Shown here in pieces: positions 52,285 to 62,632 of a DNA stretch of 64,000 nt (position 1 is its first letter; every line of letters begins with the position of its first letter). Location: the NCBI GenBank assembly GCA_965237525.1, contig CBDEFO010000008.1, forward strand, positions 896,001 through 960,000. Reading direction: 5' to 3'. Below the pieces are notes generated by a model that was given only the letters and a program-made list of their open reading frames with translations, ran no database searches and was not told where the DNA came from. A program made the translations under genes and the position numbers. The stretch is from Candidatus Latescibacterota bacterium. Its GTDB lineage: Bacteria > Latescibacterota > CBDEFO01.

Positions 52285-53466
52285 ATGCTAAATCGCCGTC
52301 TATTCACGTCTGAGTCAGTCTCGGAGGGACACCCCGATAAGATAGCCGACCAGATATCCGACACTGTCTTAGACGCTATTATTGAGAAGGACCCAGAAGC
52401 CCGGGTGGCGTGTGAGACTTTAGTGACGACGGGGATAGTATTTGTGACCGGAGAAGTAACCACGGATACGTGGGTAGATATACCACTTATCGTGAGGGAT
52501 ACGATAAAGGATATAGGATACACCGATTCCAACTACGGTCTTGATTATGAAAGTTGTGCGATCGTTCAGAGCATAGGTAGGCAATCATCGGACATATCTC
52601 AGGGCGTGTCCGAAGGAGAGGGACTTCACAAGGATCAGGGCGCGGGAGATCAAGGGATGATGTACGGCTACGCCTGCAACGAGACAGAAGAGCTCATGCC
52701 CCTTCCGATCATGCTGGCTCATAAGCTGCTTATGCACCTTGCCTACCTGAGAAAAGATAAAATACTGCCCTATTTGAGGCCTGATAGCAAATCGCAGGTG
52801 ACAGTTGAGTACGAAGGCGATAGGCCTGTCAGAGTCCATACTGTAGTTATATCTACCCAGCACGACCCGGATTTGGGACACGACCAGATCAGGTCCGACA
52901 TGATCGAACATGTGATCAAGGAGATCATAGCTGAGGAATATCTGGATGGAGATCCGATTTACCATGTCAATCCGACCGGCAGATTCGTCACTGGAGGACC
53001 GCATGGGGATACAGGGCTTACGGGGAGGAAGATCATCGTGGATACCTACGGAGGTATGAGCAGGCACGGCGGCGGAGCCTTCTCCGGCAAAGACCCCACT
53101 AAAATGGACAGAAGTGCAAGCTACGCTGCCAGATATGTCGCCAAGAATATAGTAGCAGCAGGGCTGGCAACCAGAGCCGAGGTTCAGTTGGCCTACGCGA
53201 TAGGTGTAGCCGAGCCTGTGAGTATAAATGTGGATTCGTTCGGGACAGGAGCCATCCAGGACTCCAAGATATCCCAACTGGTAAGGGAACACTTTTCCCT
53301 TACCCCTAAAGGGATAATCGAGTCTTTAGATCTAATAAGGCCTATATACAGGCAGACATCCGCCTACGGGCACTTCGGAAGGAATCTTCCCGATTTCACC
53401 TGGGAGAAGACAGATAAGACAGAAGCGCTCAGAGAAAGCGCACAGCTTCAAGCGTACAGCGGATAA
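52285..53466 (+). CDS. metK: S-adenosylmethionine synthetase
   Basis: [28 protein letters not shown]. Confidence 0.98.
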   Translation: MLNRRLFTSESVSEGHPDKIADQISDTVLDAIIEKDPEARVACETLVTTGIVFVTGEVTTDTWVDIPLIVRDTIKDIGYTDSNYGLDYESCAIVQSIGRQSSDISQGVSEGEGLHKDQGAGDQGMMYGYACNETEELMPLPIMLAHKLLMHLAYLRKDKILPYLRPDSKSQVTVEYEGDRPVRVHTVVISTQHDPDLGHDQIRSDMIEHVIKEIIAEEYLDGDPIYHVNPTGRFVTGGPHGDTGLTGRKIIVDTYGGMSRHGGGAFSGKDPTKMDRSASYAARYVAKNIVAAGLATRAEVQLAYAIGVAEPVSINVDSFGTGAIQDSKISQLVREHFSLTPKGIIESLDLIRPIYRQTSAYGHFGRNLPDFTWEKTDKTEALRESAQLQAYSG

Positions 53467-53534
53467 GCAGACGTCACACAGGGAAGGGAGCTTGTCCTGT
53501 CTGACGGATCAGTACTTTTGTGTGAGGAGAAGCA

Positions 53535-54785
53535 ATGACTTATAGAGTTAAGGACATAAGCTTAGCCGAACAGGGAATGAAAAACGTGGAGTGGGCTGAA
53601 AAGCAGATGGGCGCACTTTTAAGGATAAAGGAAAGATTTGAAAGGGAAAAGCCGCTTTCGGGATACAGAATTGGAATGGCGCTCCATGTCACCAAGGAGA
53701 CGGCAGTCCTCGTCAGGACACTTATAGCAGGCGGAGCAGATGTGGCGATAACAAGCTGCAATCCGCTGTCTACCCAGGACGATGTGGCAGCTGCCCTGGC
53801 TAAGGAGGGTGTAATCGTCTTTGCGCATAAGGGCGAAACCTCAGAGGAGTACTACACCTTCATAAACGAAATTATCGACTTTAAGCCGAACGTGACAATA
53901 GACGACGGCTGCGACCTTATCACCGAGATACATACCAAGCGTCAAGAAGCCCTGCCCGACATCGTATGCGGTTGTGAGGAGACGACGACGGGGATCGTAC
54001 GCCTGAGGGCGATGGAGCGGGACGGCGCTTTGAAGTATCCGATAATAGCCGTAAACGACTGCAACACCAAACACCTGATGGACAACTACTACGGGACGGG
54101 CCAGTCTACGCTGGACGGGATAATAAGGGCATCCAACATCCTGATCAGCGGGAAGACTATGGTGATAGCAGGATACGGAAACTGCGGAAAGGGATTGGCC
54201 TTAAGAGGCAAGGGCCTAGGAGCAGATGTGATCGTATGCGAGGTTGACCCCTTCAGGGCGCTGCAGGCCAGGATGGACGGCTTCCGCGTGATGCCCATCG
54301 CGGAGGCGGCCAAAGTAGGGGATATCTTTGTGACGGTGACGGGAAATTCGAAGGTCATCGCTAAAGAGCACATAAAGGACATGAAGGACGGCGCAATTTT
54401 GGCCAATTCAGGACACTTTGACAATGAGATAGACGTAGAGGGCCTAAAAGATATGGCCACCAATGTAAAGGAGGTCAGACCGCTCTTTGAGGAGTACAGC
54501 GTAGATGGCAAGTCGGTCTATCTGTGTGGAGAGGGCAGACTCGTAAACCTTTCGTGCGCTGAGGGACACCCTTCTGCAGTGATGGCACTTTCTTTCTGCG
54601 ATCAAGCATTGGGTATAGAGTACGGCGTAGAGAATAAGGGCAAGCTCGAGCCGAAAGTCTATCGCCTACCCGATGAGATAGACGACCAAGTGGCAAGACT
54701 GCAACTGGAGGCTATGGGGATAGAGATAGATAGTCTGACACCTGAACAGGAAAAGTATCTAAACTCGTGGACGGAAGGAACTTAA
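53535..54785 (+). CDS. ahcY: Adenosylhomocysteinase
   Basis: SCNPLSTQD, EETTTG, GYGNCGKG, GRLVNL..AEGHP. Confidence 0.97.
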   Translation: MTYRVKDISLAEQGMKNVEWAEKQMGALLRIKERFEREKPLSGYRIGMALHVTKETAVLVRTLIAGGADVAITSCNPLSTQDDVAAALAKEGVIVFAHKGETSEEYYTFINEIIDFKPNVTIDDGCDLITEIHTKRQEALPDIVCGCEETTTGIVRLRAMERDGALKYPIIAVNDCNTKHLMDNYYGTGQSTLDGIIRASNILISGKTMVIAGYGNCGKGLALRGKGLGADVIVCEVDPFRALQARMDGFRVMPIAEAAKVGDIFVTVTGNSKVIAKEHIKDMKDGAILANSGHFDNEIDVEGLKDMATNVKEVRPLFEEYSVDGKSVYLCGEGRLVNLSCAEGHPSAVMALSFCDQALGIEYGVENKGKLEPKVYRLPDEIDDQVARLQLEAMGIEIDSLTPEQEKYLNSWTEGT

Positions 54786-54866
54786 AGATAGTAGACAGCA
54801 AACAGTAGACAGGATGTCCCTGCCCTTCCCCGTTTACTGACTACTATTAACAAGGAGGAACTTACA

Positions 54867-55278
54867 GTGAGGGAGAATGATTACGCAAGGATGGCAACAC
54901 GGAGTCGACGTTCGACTTGCCTTTCTGCTGTGCTTATTATGTTTGTGCTTCTTGGGATCGGATGCGCTCTGACTCAGACTCCAGAAGCACCTTCGTTCAA
55001 TGTGACCATCACGGTCCCGATCACCGATCAAATCCAAACCATGGAGGAGATCGTTGAGGACAACCCTGACTTTCTGACCCTTTCGGGCGACATTGTGACC
55101 TTTGCCATAGAGCGGGACATTGACCCGTATGAAGTGGGAGACGATCTTTCCATAGAACCGCCGCGTGTGGACGAACGCACCGACCTTGGGGACTTTAAGG
55201 TGGATTCCCCTGGTGCACGGAGCCCGCCCGCCATCACGTTGAGAGAGATAGCTCCTTCCGAAGTGGTGGAAATATTAG
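54867..55278 (+). pseudogene. Lipoprotein gene truncated by the IS
   Basis: Lipobox LGIGC; ORF runs into the IS end and stops at 55289. Confidence 0.7.
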
Positions 55279-56797
55279 AAGCCTTGTGAAATAGTTATGT
55301 CCCAGGCAGCGTCTGAAGCGCCGATTATGGGTCAAAGAGAAGCATATCGTATCGTTTTGCTGTGGAATAAGCAAAATAGTCTTATCAGAGTTCTGGTCAG
55401 CAAGGAATAGGAGCTGTTTGAAGAACAGGATGCACTGTCTTTGACAGACAGGGCACACATAGACGCTTTCCCCCTTCTTATGAAAGATACAAGCCTCTTG
55501 AGATTCTGTACTGTTGCAACAAGATTCAACTGTTCATTCAGTGAGGCTGGTCCTCTGTAACGGGCTCGTCCCATACCGTATTGTTGCCTGGCTTCAGCAA
55601 AGATATGTTCACTGCGTTTACGGAGTCTCCGGGAGAGTTTGTAGTCAGCTGTTAATGAGATAGACCGTGCATGATTTCTGGCTTTCGCCTCTCGCACTTT
55701 TCTATCCCGTTCGGCCTGAATATGTGCTGGATTTGTCTTGTTTTTCCATGTAGGAATCGGTTCAATCTTCTCATCGGCTCGCAGAGGAATATGGGGTATG
55801 ATTCCCCGGTCAAGTACATCAGCGATAAAATTACCAGAACCGTAACCGGTATCGGCACTAAGTGTCTGAATGTCTTTGGGCATGGTGTATGTTTCAAGGT
55901 CATCTACCATCTTAAGGGCACTTTCGGGCTCTGCTGTCCCTGTCGCCTGCGTGCCCTGAGTCTCAAGGATTACTCTGCTTTTTGTGTCGATCAGATCATG
56001 GCCCATAAACGAGAGAAAAGCCCCTTTGCCCTTCGATTTGCTGTATAAGCGCGCGTCGGGGTCTGTAGTCGAACGGTGTGTTTGGTTCGTCCACTTTTCA
56101 CCATGAAAGTCTTTATCCTGAGGATGCCCGGACCTACCCTTTGTCTTATCACCTTCAAAACCGATTCCCTTGAGATAATCATCAAGAGAAACAGGGGGTT
56201 CTATCGGCTCAATACTTTTCACTGAAGCATCAGCTTGTATCTGAGTGCCGTCGACACTAAGGTGTTTACCGCTCACAAGACCGACATCTATGCAACACTG
56301 GACTACCTGACGCATTATCCGTTCAAACAACCCACTGGATGCCCACTTGTGATTGCGAAGCTTGTTGATCGTGCTCCTATCCGGAACCGCATCATCAAAT
56401 GTCTGATGACAAAACAACCGATATGCCGCATGCATCCCCACTTCCTGACAGAGCCGATTCTCACTCAAATTATACAGATAGCCAATAAGGATCATTCGAA
56501 CAACTAATTCAGGATCAATACCGGGTCTGCCATTGTCAGGGCAATAACAATCTGATACAACGTCTCGTACAAATGAAAAATCAACTGCCTCATCAATCTG
56601 ACGAAGGATATGATCCTCGGGAACTAAATCCTCCATCTGAAAATAGTGAAACATCGGATTTGTCTGTTCCTGCTTTTGTGGGGTCATTGCTTCCTCCATG
56701 TATAATATTATCAATAACATAATATAATACATCGGAGCTGCTTTATCAATGCTTGTTTTATACTATTTTCTGAATCTAAGGGTTTTTCACAAGGCTT
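55279..56797 (-). mobile_element. IS1182-family insertion sequence, copy 1 (about 1,519 bp)
   Basis: Terminal IRs AAGCCTTGTGAAA / TTTCACAAGGCTT; near-identical second copy at 62633. Confidence 0.88.
55332..56732 (-). CDS. IS1182-family DDE transposase (intact)
   Basis: LVPEDHILR...GRPGIDP, VDGT, TTDPDAR, ADTGY, RKRSEHIFAE. Confidence 0.88.
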   Translation of the reverse strand: MYYIMLLIILYMEEAMTPQKQEQTNPMFHYFQMEDLVPEDHILRQIDEAVDFSFVRDVVSDCYCPDNGRPGIDPELVVRMILIGYLYNLSENRLCQEVGMHAAYRLFCHQTFDDAVPDRSTINKLRNHKWASSGLFERIMRQVVQCCIDVGLVSGKHLSVDGTQIQADASVKSIEPIEPPVSLDDYLKGIGFEGDKTKGRSGHPQDKDFHGEKWTNQTHRSTTDPDARLYSKSKGKGAFLSFMGHDLIDTKSRVILETQGTQATGTAEPESALKMVDDLETYTMPKDIQTLSADTGYGSGNFIADVLDRGIIPHIPLRADEKIEPIPTWKNKTNPAHIQAERDRKVREAKARNHARSISLTADYKLSRRLRKRSEHIFAEARQQYGMGRARYRGPASLNEQLNLVATVQNLKRLVSFIRRGKASMCALSVKDSASCSSNSSYSLLTRTLIRLFCLFHSKTIRYASL

Positions 56798-58090
56798 CTA
56801 AAGCGTGTAGTCTTTAGCCTACTTTTGACAATCGGAATCCTCTCCTCCGATGACGCGTTCTCTCTTGAGGGGTTTAACCCCAGGAGTCAGGCTATGGGCG
56901 GGGCCTACACCGCAGTGGGGAGGAACATCCACGCCATCGGATGGAATCCCGCCAATTTAGCGCTGAAAAGCGATACCAAGTTCTCTATTTCCATCTTCTC
57001 CTTTGGCTTTGGAATCCACAACGATTCGTTTTCGCCGAACGATTACGATAAGTACAGCGGCGAGTTCTGGAGCGGATCGGATAAAAGGACAATTTTGGAT
57101 AAGATTCCCGACGAGGGTCTTGGCATAGATTTGGATTTAGAAGCCAGTATACTGTCTCTTTCCTACGATTCCTACGCTATTAGATTCTCGGGAGTAGGAG
57201 CTGGAGATGCCGCTATTCCCAAGGAACCATTTGAGATATTTCTGTTCGGCAATACCTTCAACGACACGACCAGCTTAGGCGATGTCGAAGGCGAGGGATG
57301 GGCCCTCGCCAGCATAGCTCTGTCAGGAGCCAGACCGCTCTATATAGCCTCCTTGGCGCCTATCTTCGACGAGTTCACAGTTGGAGGAACTGTAAAGATA
57401 CTCAAGGGCTTTGGTTACGGTAAGGTGCTCAAATCCGAGGGCACTCTATCCATCTTGGAGGAGGGGATCAAGATTGCCGGAGCAGAGGGCGGAACGGATT
57501 CTGCTGAGGTAATAGCTCAGATCGCACAGGGCGGAACGGGCTTTGCCCTGGATTTAGGGGTCGCGGCGACGAGAGATAGATGGACGTTCGGCGGTTCTTT
57601 AATAAATCTGTTCGGGACGGTCTCCTGGAACAAGGACACAGAGGAGGTAAGAGGAAAGATCTTTGTAGATTCTCTGACCGTCACAAAGATCAGCGATGTG
57701 GAGGAGTTTGAGGATCTCTTCGACAGGAGCGACACTACGATTGTGATAGATTCCTTCGATAGTAACTTCCCGACTATATTGAGATTAGGCGCTGCGTATC
57801 AGTATTCCAAGTTGCTTTGGGCTGTGGACTACGAGCAGGGCTTCTCCGACGAGCCGGGATCTACTACAACCCCCAGGATCTCGGGGGGAGCGGAGTTCAG
57901 GCCCCTCACGTGGCTGCCTTTAAGGGGAGGAATTTCCATCGGAGGGAAGAGCAACTTTGACCTCGGACTCGGATTGGGATTCGGAAGGAAGTTGGTCACT
58001 TTCGACCTTGCAATAGTTCAGCGAGGCGGAGCGACTCCCAATCAGGCGAACGGGATCAATTTCTCGATGGAGCTTAAAGTCGGGATATGA
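56798..58090 (+). CDS. DUF5723-like outer-membrane beta-barrel; start codon apparently removed by the IS
   Basis: Signal peptide LKRVVFSLLLTIG begins right at the IS end; RSQAMGGAY, WNPANL, GFALDLG. Confidence 0.65.
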   Translation, partial: LKRVVFSLLLTIGILSSDDAFSLEGFNPRSQAMGGAYTAVGRNIHAIGWNPANLALKSDTKFSISIFSFGFGIHNDSFSPNDYDKYSGEFWSGSDKRTILDKIPDEGLGIDLDLEASILSLSYDSYAIRFSGVGAGDAAIPKEPFEIFLFGNTFNDTTSLGDVEGEGWALASIALSGARPLYIASLAPIFDEFTVGGTVKILKGFGYGKVLKSEGTLSILEEGIKIAGAEGGTDSAEVIAQIAQGGTGFALDLGVAATRDRWTFGGSLINLFGTVSWNKDTEEVRGKIFVDSLTVTKISDVEEFEDLFDRSDTTIVIDSFDSNFPTILRLGAAYQYSKLLWAVDYEQGFSDEPGSTTTPRISGGAEFRPLTWLPLRGGISIGGKSNFDLGLGLGFGRKLVTFDLAIVQRGGATPNQANGINFSMELKVGI

Positions 58091-58282
58091 ACTGCCACAT
58101 ACTAAAGCTTTTTAGCTTCCTGCTTCCCCGACCACTTGAAAGCCTCTTGAGGATGTTTTAACTCGTAATCTCAAAGCCAGTCCTAACGACCTCCATTCTT
58201 AAGCGATTTAAATGGGGGTGCTGCAGCCCCGACCCGCTCTAATTGATGGGACAGACATTCTTGTCGTTTTTCCGTCGTTCCC

Positions 58283-58751
58283 ATGATAACAGCCGAGCAG
58301 ATAAAGCGGCGGCTTAATCTTAAGCCGCACCCGGAAGAAGGCGGCTACTATAGAGAGACCTACCGCTCTGATGAGCATATCCCCGCAAATGTGCTTCCGG
58401 ATCGCTATAAGGGTGAAAGATCCTTTGCAACTGCGATCTACTACCTGCTGACGCCCGATACCTTCTCCGCCATGCACCGACTCCCGACGGACGAGATTTT
58501 CCACTTTTATATGGGCGATCCCGTCGAGATGCTTCAACTGATTCCCGATGGATCGGGCAGAGTCATTACACTTGGGTCCGACATCGTCAAAGGGATGCAT
58601 CCGTAGATTATCGTACCGAAGGGAGTATGGCAGAGATCGAGGCTCCTCCCCGCCGGGATTTGAGTTTTCCGACTACGAAACCGGGCAGAGAGACTTAATG
58701 ATCGATTCTTGTCCCCAGTTTAGAGATTTAATTATTGCCCTGATAACGTGA
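58283..58751 (+). pseudogene. Cupin (DUF985/cupin_5) pseudogene
   Basis: LKPHPEEGGYYRETY, TAIYYLL, HRL..DE.FHFY.G; TAG at 58604, then IIVPKGVWQ, a deletion, then PGFEFSDY. Confidence 0.85.
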
Positions 58752-58845
58752 TTTGTTTACCTGATCTGCACTCTGCCCAATGTGACTGATTACAGCACCT
58801 TAAGTAACTATCCAATAAGTCCGTCTATCGCTTTCGCTGTTTAAG

Positions 58846-59010
58846 TTACGACCCCAAGATAATCCGGCTACAGCCTGAGGCGTTAGCCTCGTAATCCCCG
58901 GATCTTTCCCAGTCCGGCCAGCTCAATCCGTTCATATCTCAGACGATCTTTCCGGCGCGGATGGTCAGAGTGCACTCTAATTTCTGTGTCCTTTTGATTC
59001 TGGCATGGCC
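58846..59010 (-). pseudogene. C-terminal remnant of an amidohydrolase/deacetylase-family gene
   Basis: QKLECTLTIRAGKIV*DMNGLSWPDW (TGA at 58939-58941); no N-terminal part. Confidence 0.55.
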
Positions 59011-59048
59011 CGAATTGATCCTTTACAGGAAAGCAGTATGATGTCTTT

Positions 59049-60359
59049 CTAATCGAATATTCTGGCTAACGCCTCAGACCAGCCCAGCAGGCGTTCGTCC
59101 GCCATAAAAGGAGCGGCAAATTGCAGTCCGAGCGGAAGACCATTTTCGGATAACCCTGCAGGCAGTGTGATAGCAGGCAGGCCCGCATGAGTCCAGGGCA
59201 GATTCATGGCCGGGTCGCCAGTAGAGCCGATTCCCTCCGGTGCATGACCAGTAGCGGAGGGACAGACCCATAAGTCAATCCCGACCTCTGCCATTAGCGC
59301 CTCTAACTCATCTCGGAGTACACCGCGCCCGGCGCGGGCTTCTGCCAATTCATCAGCGCTCACTTTGCGCCCCTGCCGGATAATCTCGGACGTGCGAGGA
59401 CGATAGAGGGGCTCGTACTTTGCAAACCACTCGTTGTGCACCTCTGAAACCTCAGCGGCGATCATCTGCCTATGGCGGTGGGAGATCGTCTCAATATCAC
59501 CAAGCGCCGCCACGCGCCGCACGGAGTAACCGGCTCTTTCGAACGATGAAAGCTGTGCTTCGAAAGCGGCCAACGCCTCGGATGATGCCTGGTCCAGATA
59601 AGGTCCTTCTGGGACGCCGAGCACCGGCAGTGTGAAGGACCGAACATCCTCCCGATCTGCCCGCCAATCGTTACAGAGAATCGACGCAGCCAGCCTCATA
59701 CCGGCCACATCCTGTGTGAAAATGCCGACATGATCGGCTGACTTGGAAAAGGGGATCACGCCAACAGTGGCGATGCGGCCGAAGCTCGGCTTGAAGCCGA
59801 CTATCCCGCAGTAGGCGGCCGGACGAATCACTGAACCGATGGTCTGCGTTCCGAGCGCCAGAGGGCAAAAGCCTGCAGCAACAGCCGCGGCAGATCCGCT
59901 GCTGGATCCTCCGGGGGTATGATCAAGGTCGTGGGGATTACGGGTCGGACCGGGCTCGAAGTAGGCAAACTCGGTGGTAACGGTTTTGCCTAAAATCAGC
60001 GCACCGGCAGCGCGCAGGGTCGCCACGCAGGCCGCCTCAGGGCCGGCGAAGAGTTCCTCCGGGAGCTTTGATCCGGCTTTGGTTGCGAAACCATCCACAT
60101 GAAAAATATCCTTGATCCCGACTGGGATGCCGTAAAGTGGCGGGCGAAGCTCCAGATCAGGGAAACGCTCCTTTAGCGAAGCAGCCTCCTCCATTAAACG
60201 AGCACGTCGATTCGGCTCAGAAATCAGCGCCTGAATTTGAGGTTCGACAGCGTCGATCCGATCGCAAAGCTGATCTATATATGTAAGCAGATCGAGCTGA
60301 TCCTTGCGAAGAAAGTGAACAGTCTCAGAGAGTAAAGCTGGCAGAGTGGACATATGCAA
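59049..60359 (-). CDS. Amidase-signature family enzyme
   Basis: GIKD, PGGSSSGSAAAV, GTQTIGSVIRPA. Confidence 0.93.
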   Translation of the reverse strand: MHMSTLPALLSETVHFLRKDQLDLLTYIDQLCDRIDAVEPQIQALISEPNRRARLMEEAASLKERFPDLELRPPLYGIPVGIKDIFHVDGFATKAGSKLPEELFAGPEAACVATLRAAGALILGKTVTTEFAYFEPGPTRNPHDLDHTPGGSSSGSAAAVAAGFCPLALGTQTIGSVIRPAAYCGIVGFKPSFGRIATVGVIPFSKSADHVGIFTQDVAGMRLAASILCNDWRADREDVRSFTLPVLGVPEGPYLDQASSEALAAFEAQLSSFERAGYSVRRVAALGDIETISHRHRQMIAAEVSEVHNEWFAKYEPLYRPRTSEIIRQGRKVSADELAEARAGRGVLRDELEALMAEVGIDLWVCPSATGHAPEGIGSTGDPAMNLPWTHAGLPAITLPAGLSENGLPLGLQFAAPFMADERLLGWSEALARIFD

Positions 60360-60444
60360 CTCCTGCTTTTAGATAATTGATTGCTTGCCCCTCGATTTTG
60401 TAGCAAGGCAAAGTTAGCTGTCGTTTCAAGGGTCTACTGAGTCA

Positions 60445-60603
60445 TCAGTACTTTCCTTTCCTGCTCCCTGGCGCAGATAGGCCAGGCAGCACAGCCAAGA
60501 CTAATATGCTTAAGGTAACGCTCCGAGTTTTTGTAACGCCCAAGGCTTCGACCCTCTGCGCGATCTCTCGCGGTGAATAAGCGTTGATTGAAGAAATCAT
60601 CAT
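60445..60603 (-). pseudogene. N-terminal remnant of a formate/nitrite transporter (FNT)
   Basis: INAYSPREIAQRVEALGVTK...LVLAVLPG, then unrelated sequence. Confidence 0.6.
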
Positions 60604-61185
60604 TGTCACGCTCCCGGGTCACGCTCCCGGTAAAGGTAGGCGAAGGTTAAGATTTAGAATAAGCCTCTCCTGCCTTCGCCTTTCGACTCTGCTTAAACTT
60701 TGAGACATCAATTTTTACCATAGCAACACCTCGTTAAGTTTTTTCAATTGTTCGGTCCTTCCGCGGCAAGTCTTCTTAGCTATATCTAGAAAAAATATGC
60801 TGAGCCCTTCAAAGAGACTTAATATACTGTTTGTGAGTTTATCTGACAAGGGGAAAATGGATTTAAGTATGACCTCTATCAATAAGTTGTATATATAATA
60901 TGAGACACGCGCTGGTGAAACAACATAAAGTTGGCTCGAAAGAGGTTACGACCTTGGAAGAGGTTACTACTACTTATCACAGAGATTGTTTCTGGTTTCC
61001 TTTGGCGTTCCTTCGGATCGCACCTACTGACGGGGCCGGGGTTTGGCACTTCGCAATAACCGAAGGTAAGATGCAACCAATGTCATTGCGGGTTTTTTCT
61101 TGTCCGATAAACCCAATTACAGTATATTTATCAAATGGGGAAATACAATAATGTTTCTACTATCTATTTAAGGAGACAAACTCTA

Positions 61186-62632
61186 ATGATAGATGAATTT
61201 CAACAAACTGCAAGGAAGATTTATGAAGATGCAAGGAAGGATGGCAGACTGACACATAACCCGAGTAGAGACCTTTTGAGAAATCTTGCTCTTGAAGAAC
61301 CGGGGGTGAAAGAGACCCGATATGGCAATATTATGGCTAATTCAGAACCGACCTCCAGAGCAGCTATGTTTACAAAAAACAATATCGACACTCCTTTTGG
61401 AAAAGGTGAACATGCGCTATTAGATCAGGCAACAGAGCATCTACGCCAAGAGTATCTTATCAGCATCGATGTCGTAGTTGGAGACGGGAGCGAAGGGATA
61501 ACGGCAAGATTGATTACTCCAAAGAGATTTGCTCATCTGGCCTACGGCGGAATGAAGTTGTTTAAGCCGACATCTGTAGAACGTCCTACGCATCAAGTCA
61601 TTATGTTTTTCGATAAAGAATACGAAGAAAACAATTCAAAAACGCTACCTCAAAAGAGTATTACCATAAGGAATGCACACTCTCGGGAAGGTTGCCTCAC
61701 CAAGATCGTGAGAAATAGCAACTATACCGGTGAGTGGAAAAAGGCCATCTTTGCAGGGGAAAACTATAGAGCCAAGCAAAAGAGCGATGCGATTTTTCTT
61801 CATGTAGGGTGCAGACATGATTATCTGGAAATGTCTCACGGAGGCTGCGAAACACGGTGTTCCTTGTTTGCTGCCCTGAGTGCAAATGGCAAGACATCTT
61901 TAACGTGCAAGGTGTTGGCGCGAAAGACAGAGGAGAAATCATGGTTAATCCAGGACGATGGAGGAATCTTGAGAAGAGAGGGATCTTTTGGTGGATTTGA
62001 AGCAGGTGGACTATTCGTCAAAACAGATGGCTTAAATCCTAACAATCAAATAGAAACCTATTACGGAACTCTAAAATCGGATACATTCCTTGAAAATGTC
62101 TATGTCGATGAAAACGGAGAAATCGATTTTTACAACGTAGAGCGAACGTCAAATGGAAGAGCGATTATCGAGCGAAGAGATTTTATGCATGCCAGCAGGG
62201 ATATCAATGTCAAAAGAATCGATAATCTATTTATCATAACAAGAGGGAGCATTATCCCTGCGATTGCGAAGTTAACACCGCAAGAGGCGACAGCATTTAT
62301 GGTTTTAGGCCAGTCTATGGAATCTTCTGCAGGAGATCCTACCCAGGCGGGGAAAATAAAAAATGAATTCTTTTACGACCCCTTTGTCGCAGGAGACAAA
62401 ACAGACCATGCGAATCTCTTTTACGATATATTAACAGACAACCCTAATATAAACTGTTATCTTCTCAATACCGGGGAGATCGGCGAAGGAGCTCACTACC
62501 ACGACATTCGTTTAGAAGACACCGTAGTCATTTTAGATTCAACAATAAGGGGAGGATTAGAAGACTGGATCGAATCTGAAGCAACGGGACTGCTGGTTCC
62601 GAAATCTGTACGATTAGTCGATTCTATTCTAA
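61186..62632 (+). pseudogene. pckA: ATP-dependent PEP carboxykinase-like gene truncated by IS copy 2
   Basis: YTGEWKK, LSANGKTS, IQDD, TSNGRA, YLLNTG; frame enters the IS and stops at 62643. Confidence 0.8.

Noticed and set aside
56798..62632. Past inversion between the IS copies explaining the mismatched flanks of copy 1
   Set aside because: Flipping the segment would give TTAG on both sides, but it would not restore the lipoprotein or pckA reading frames.
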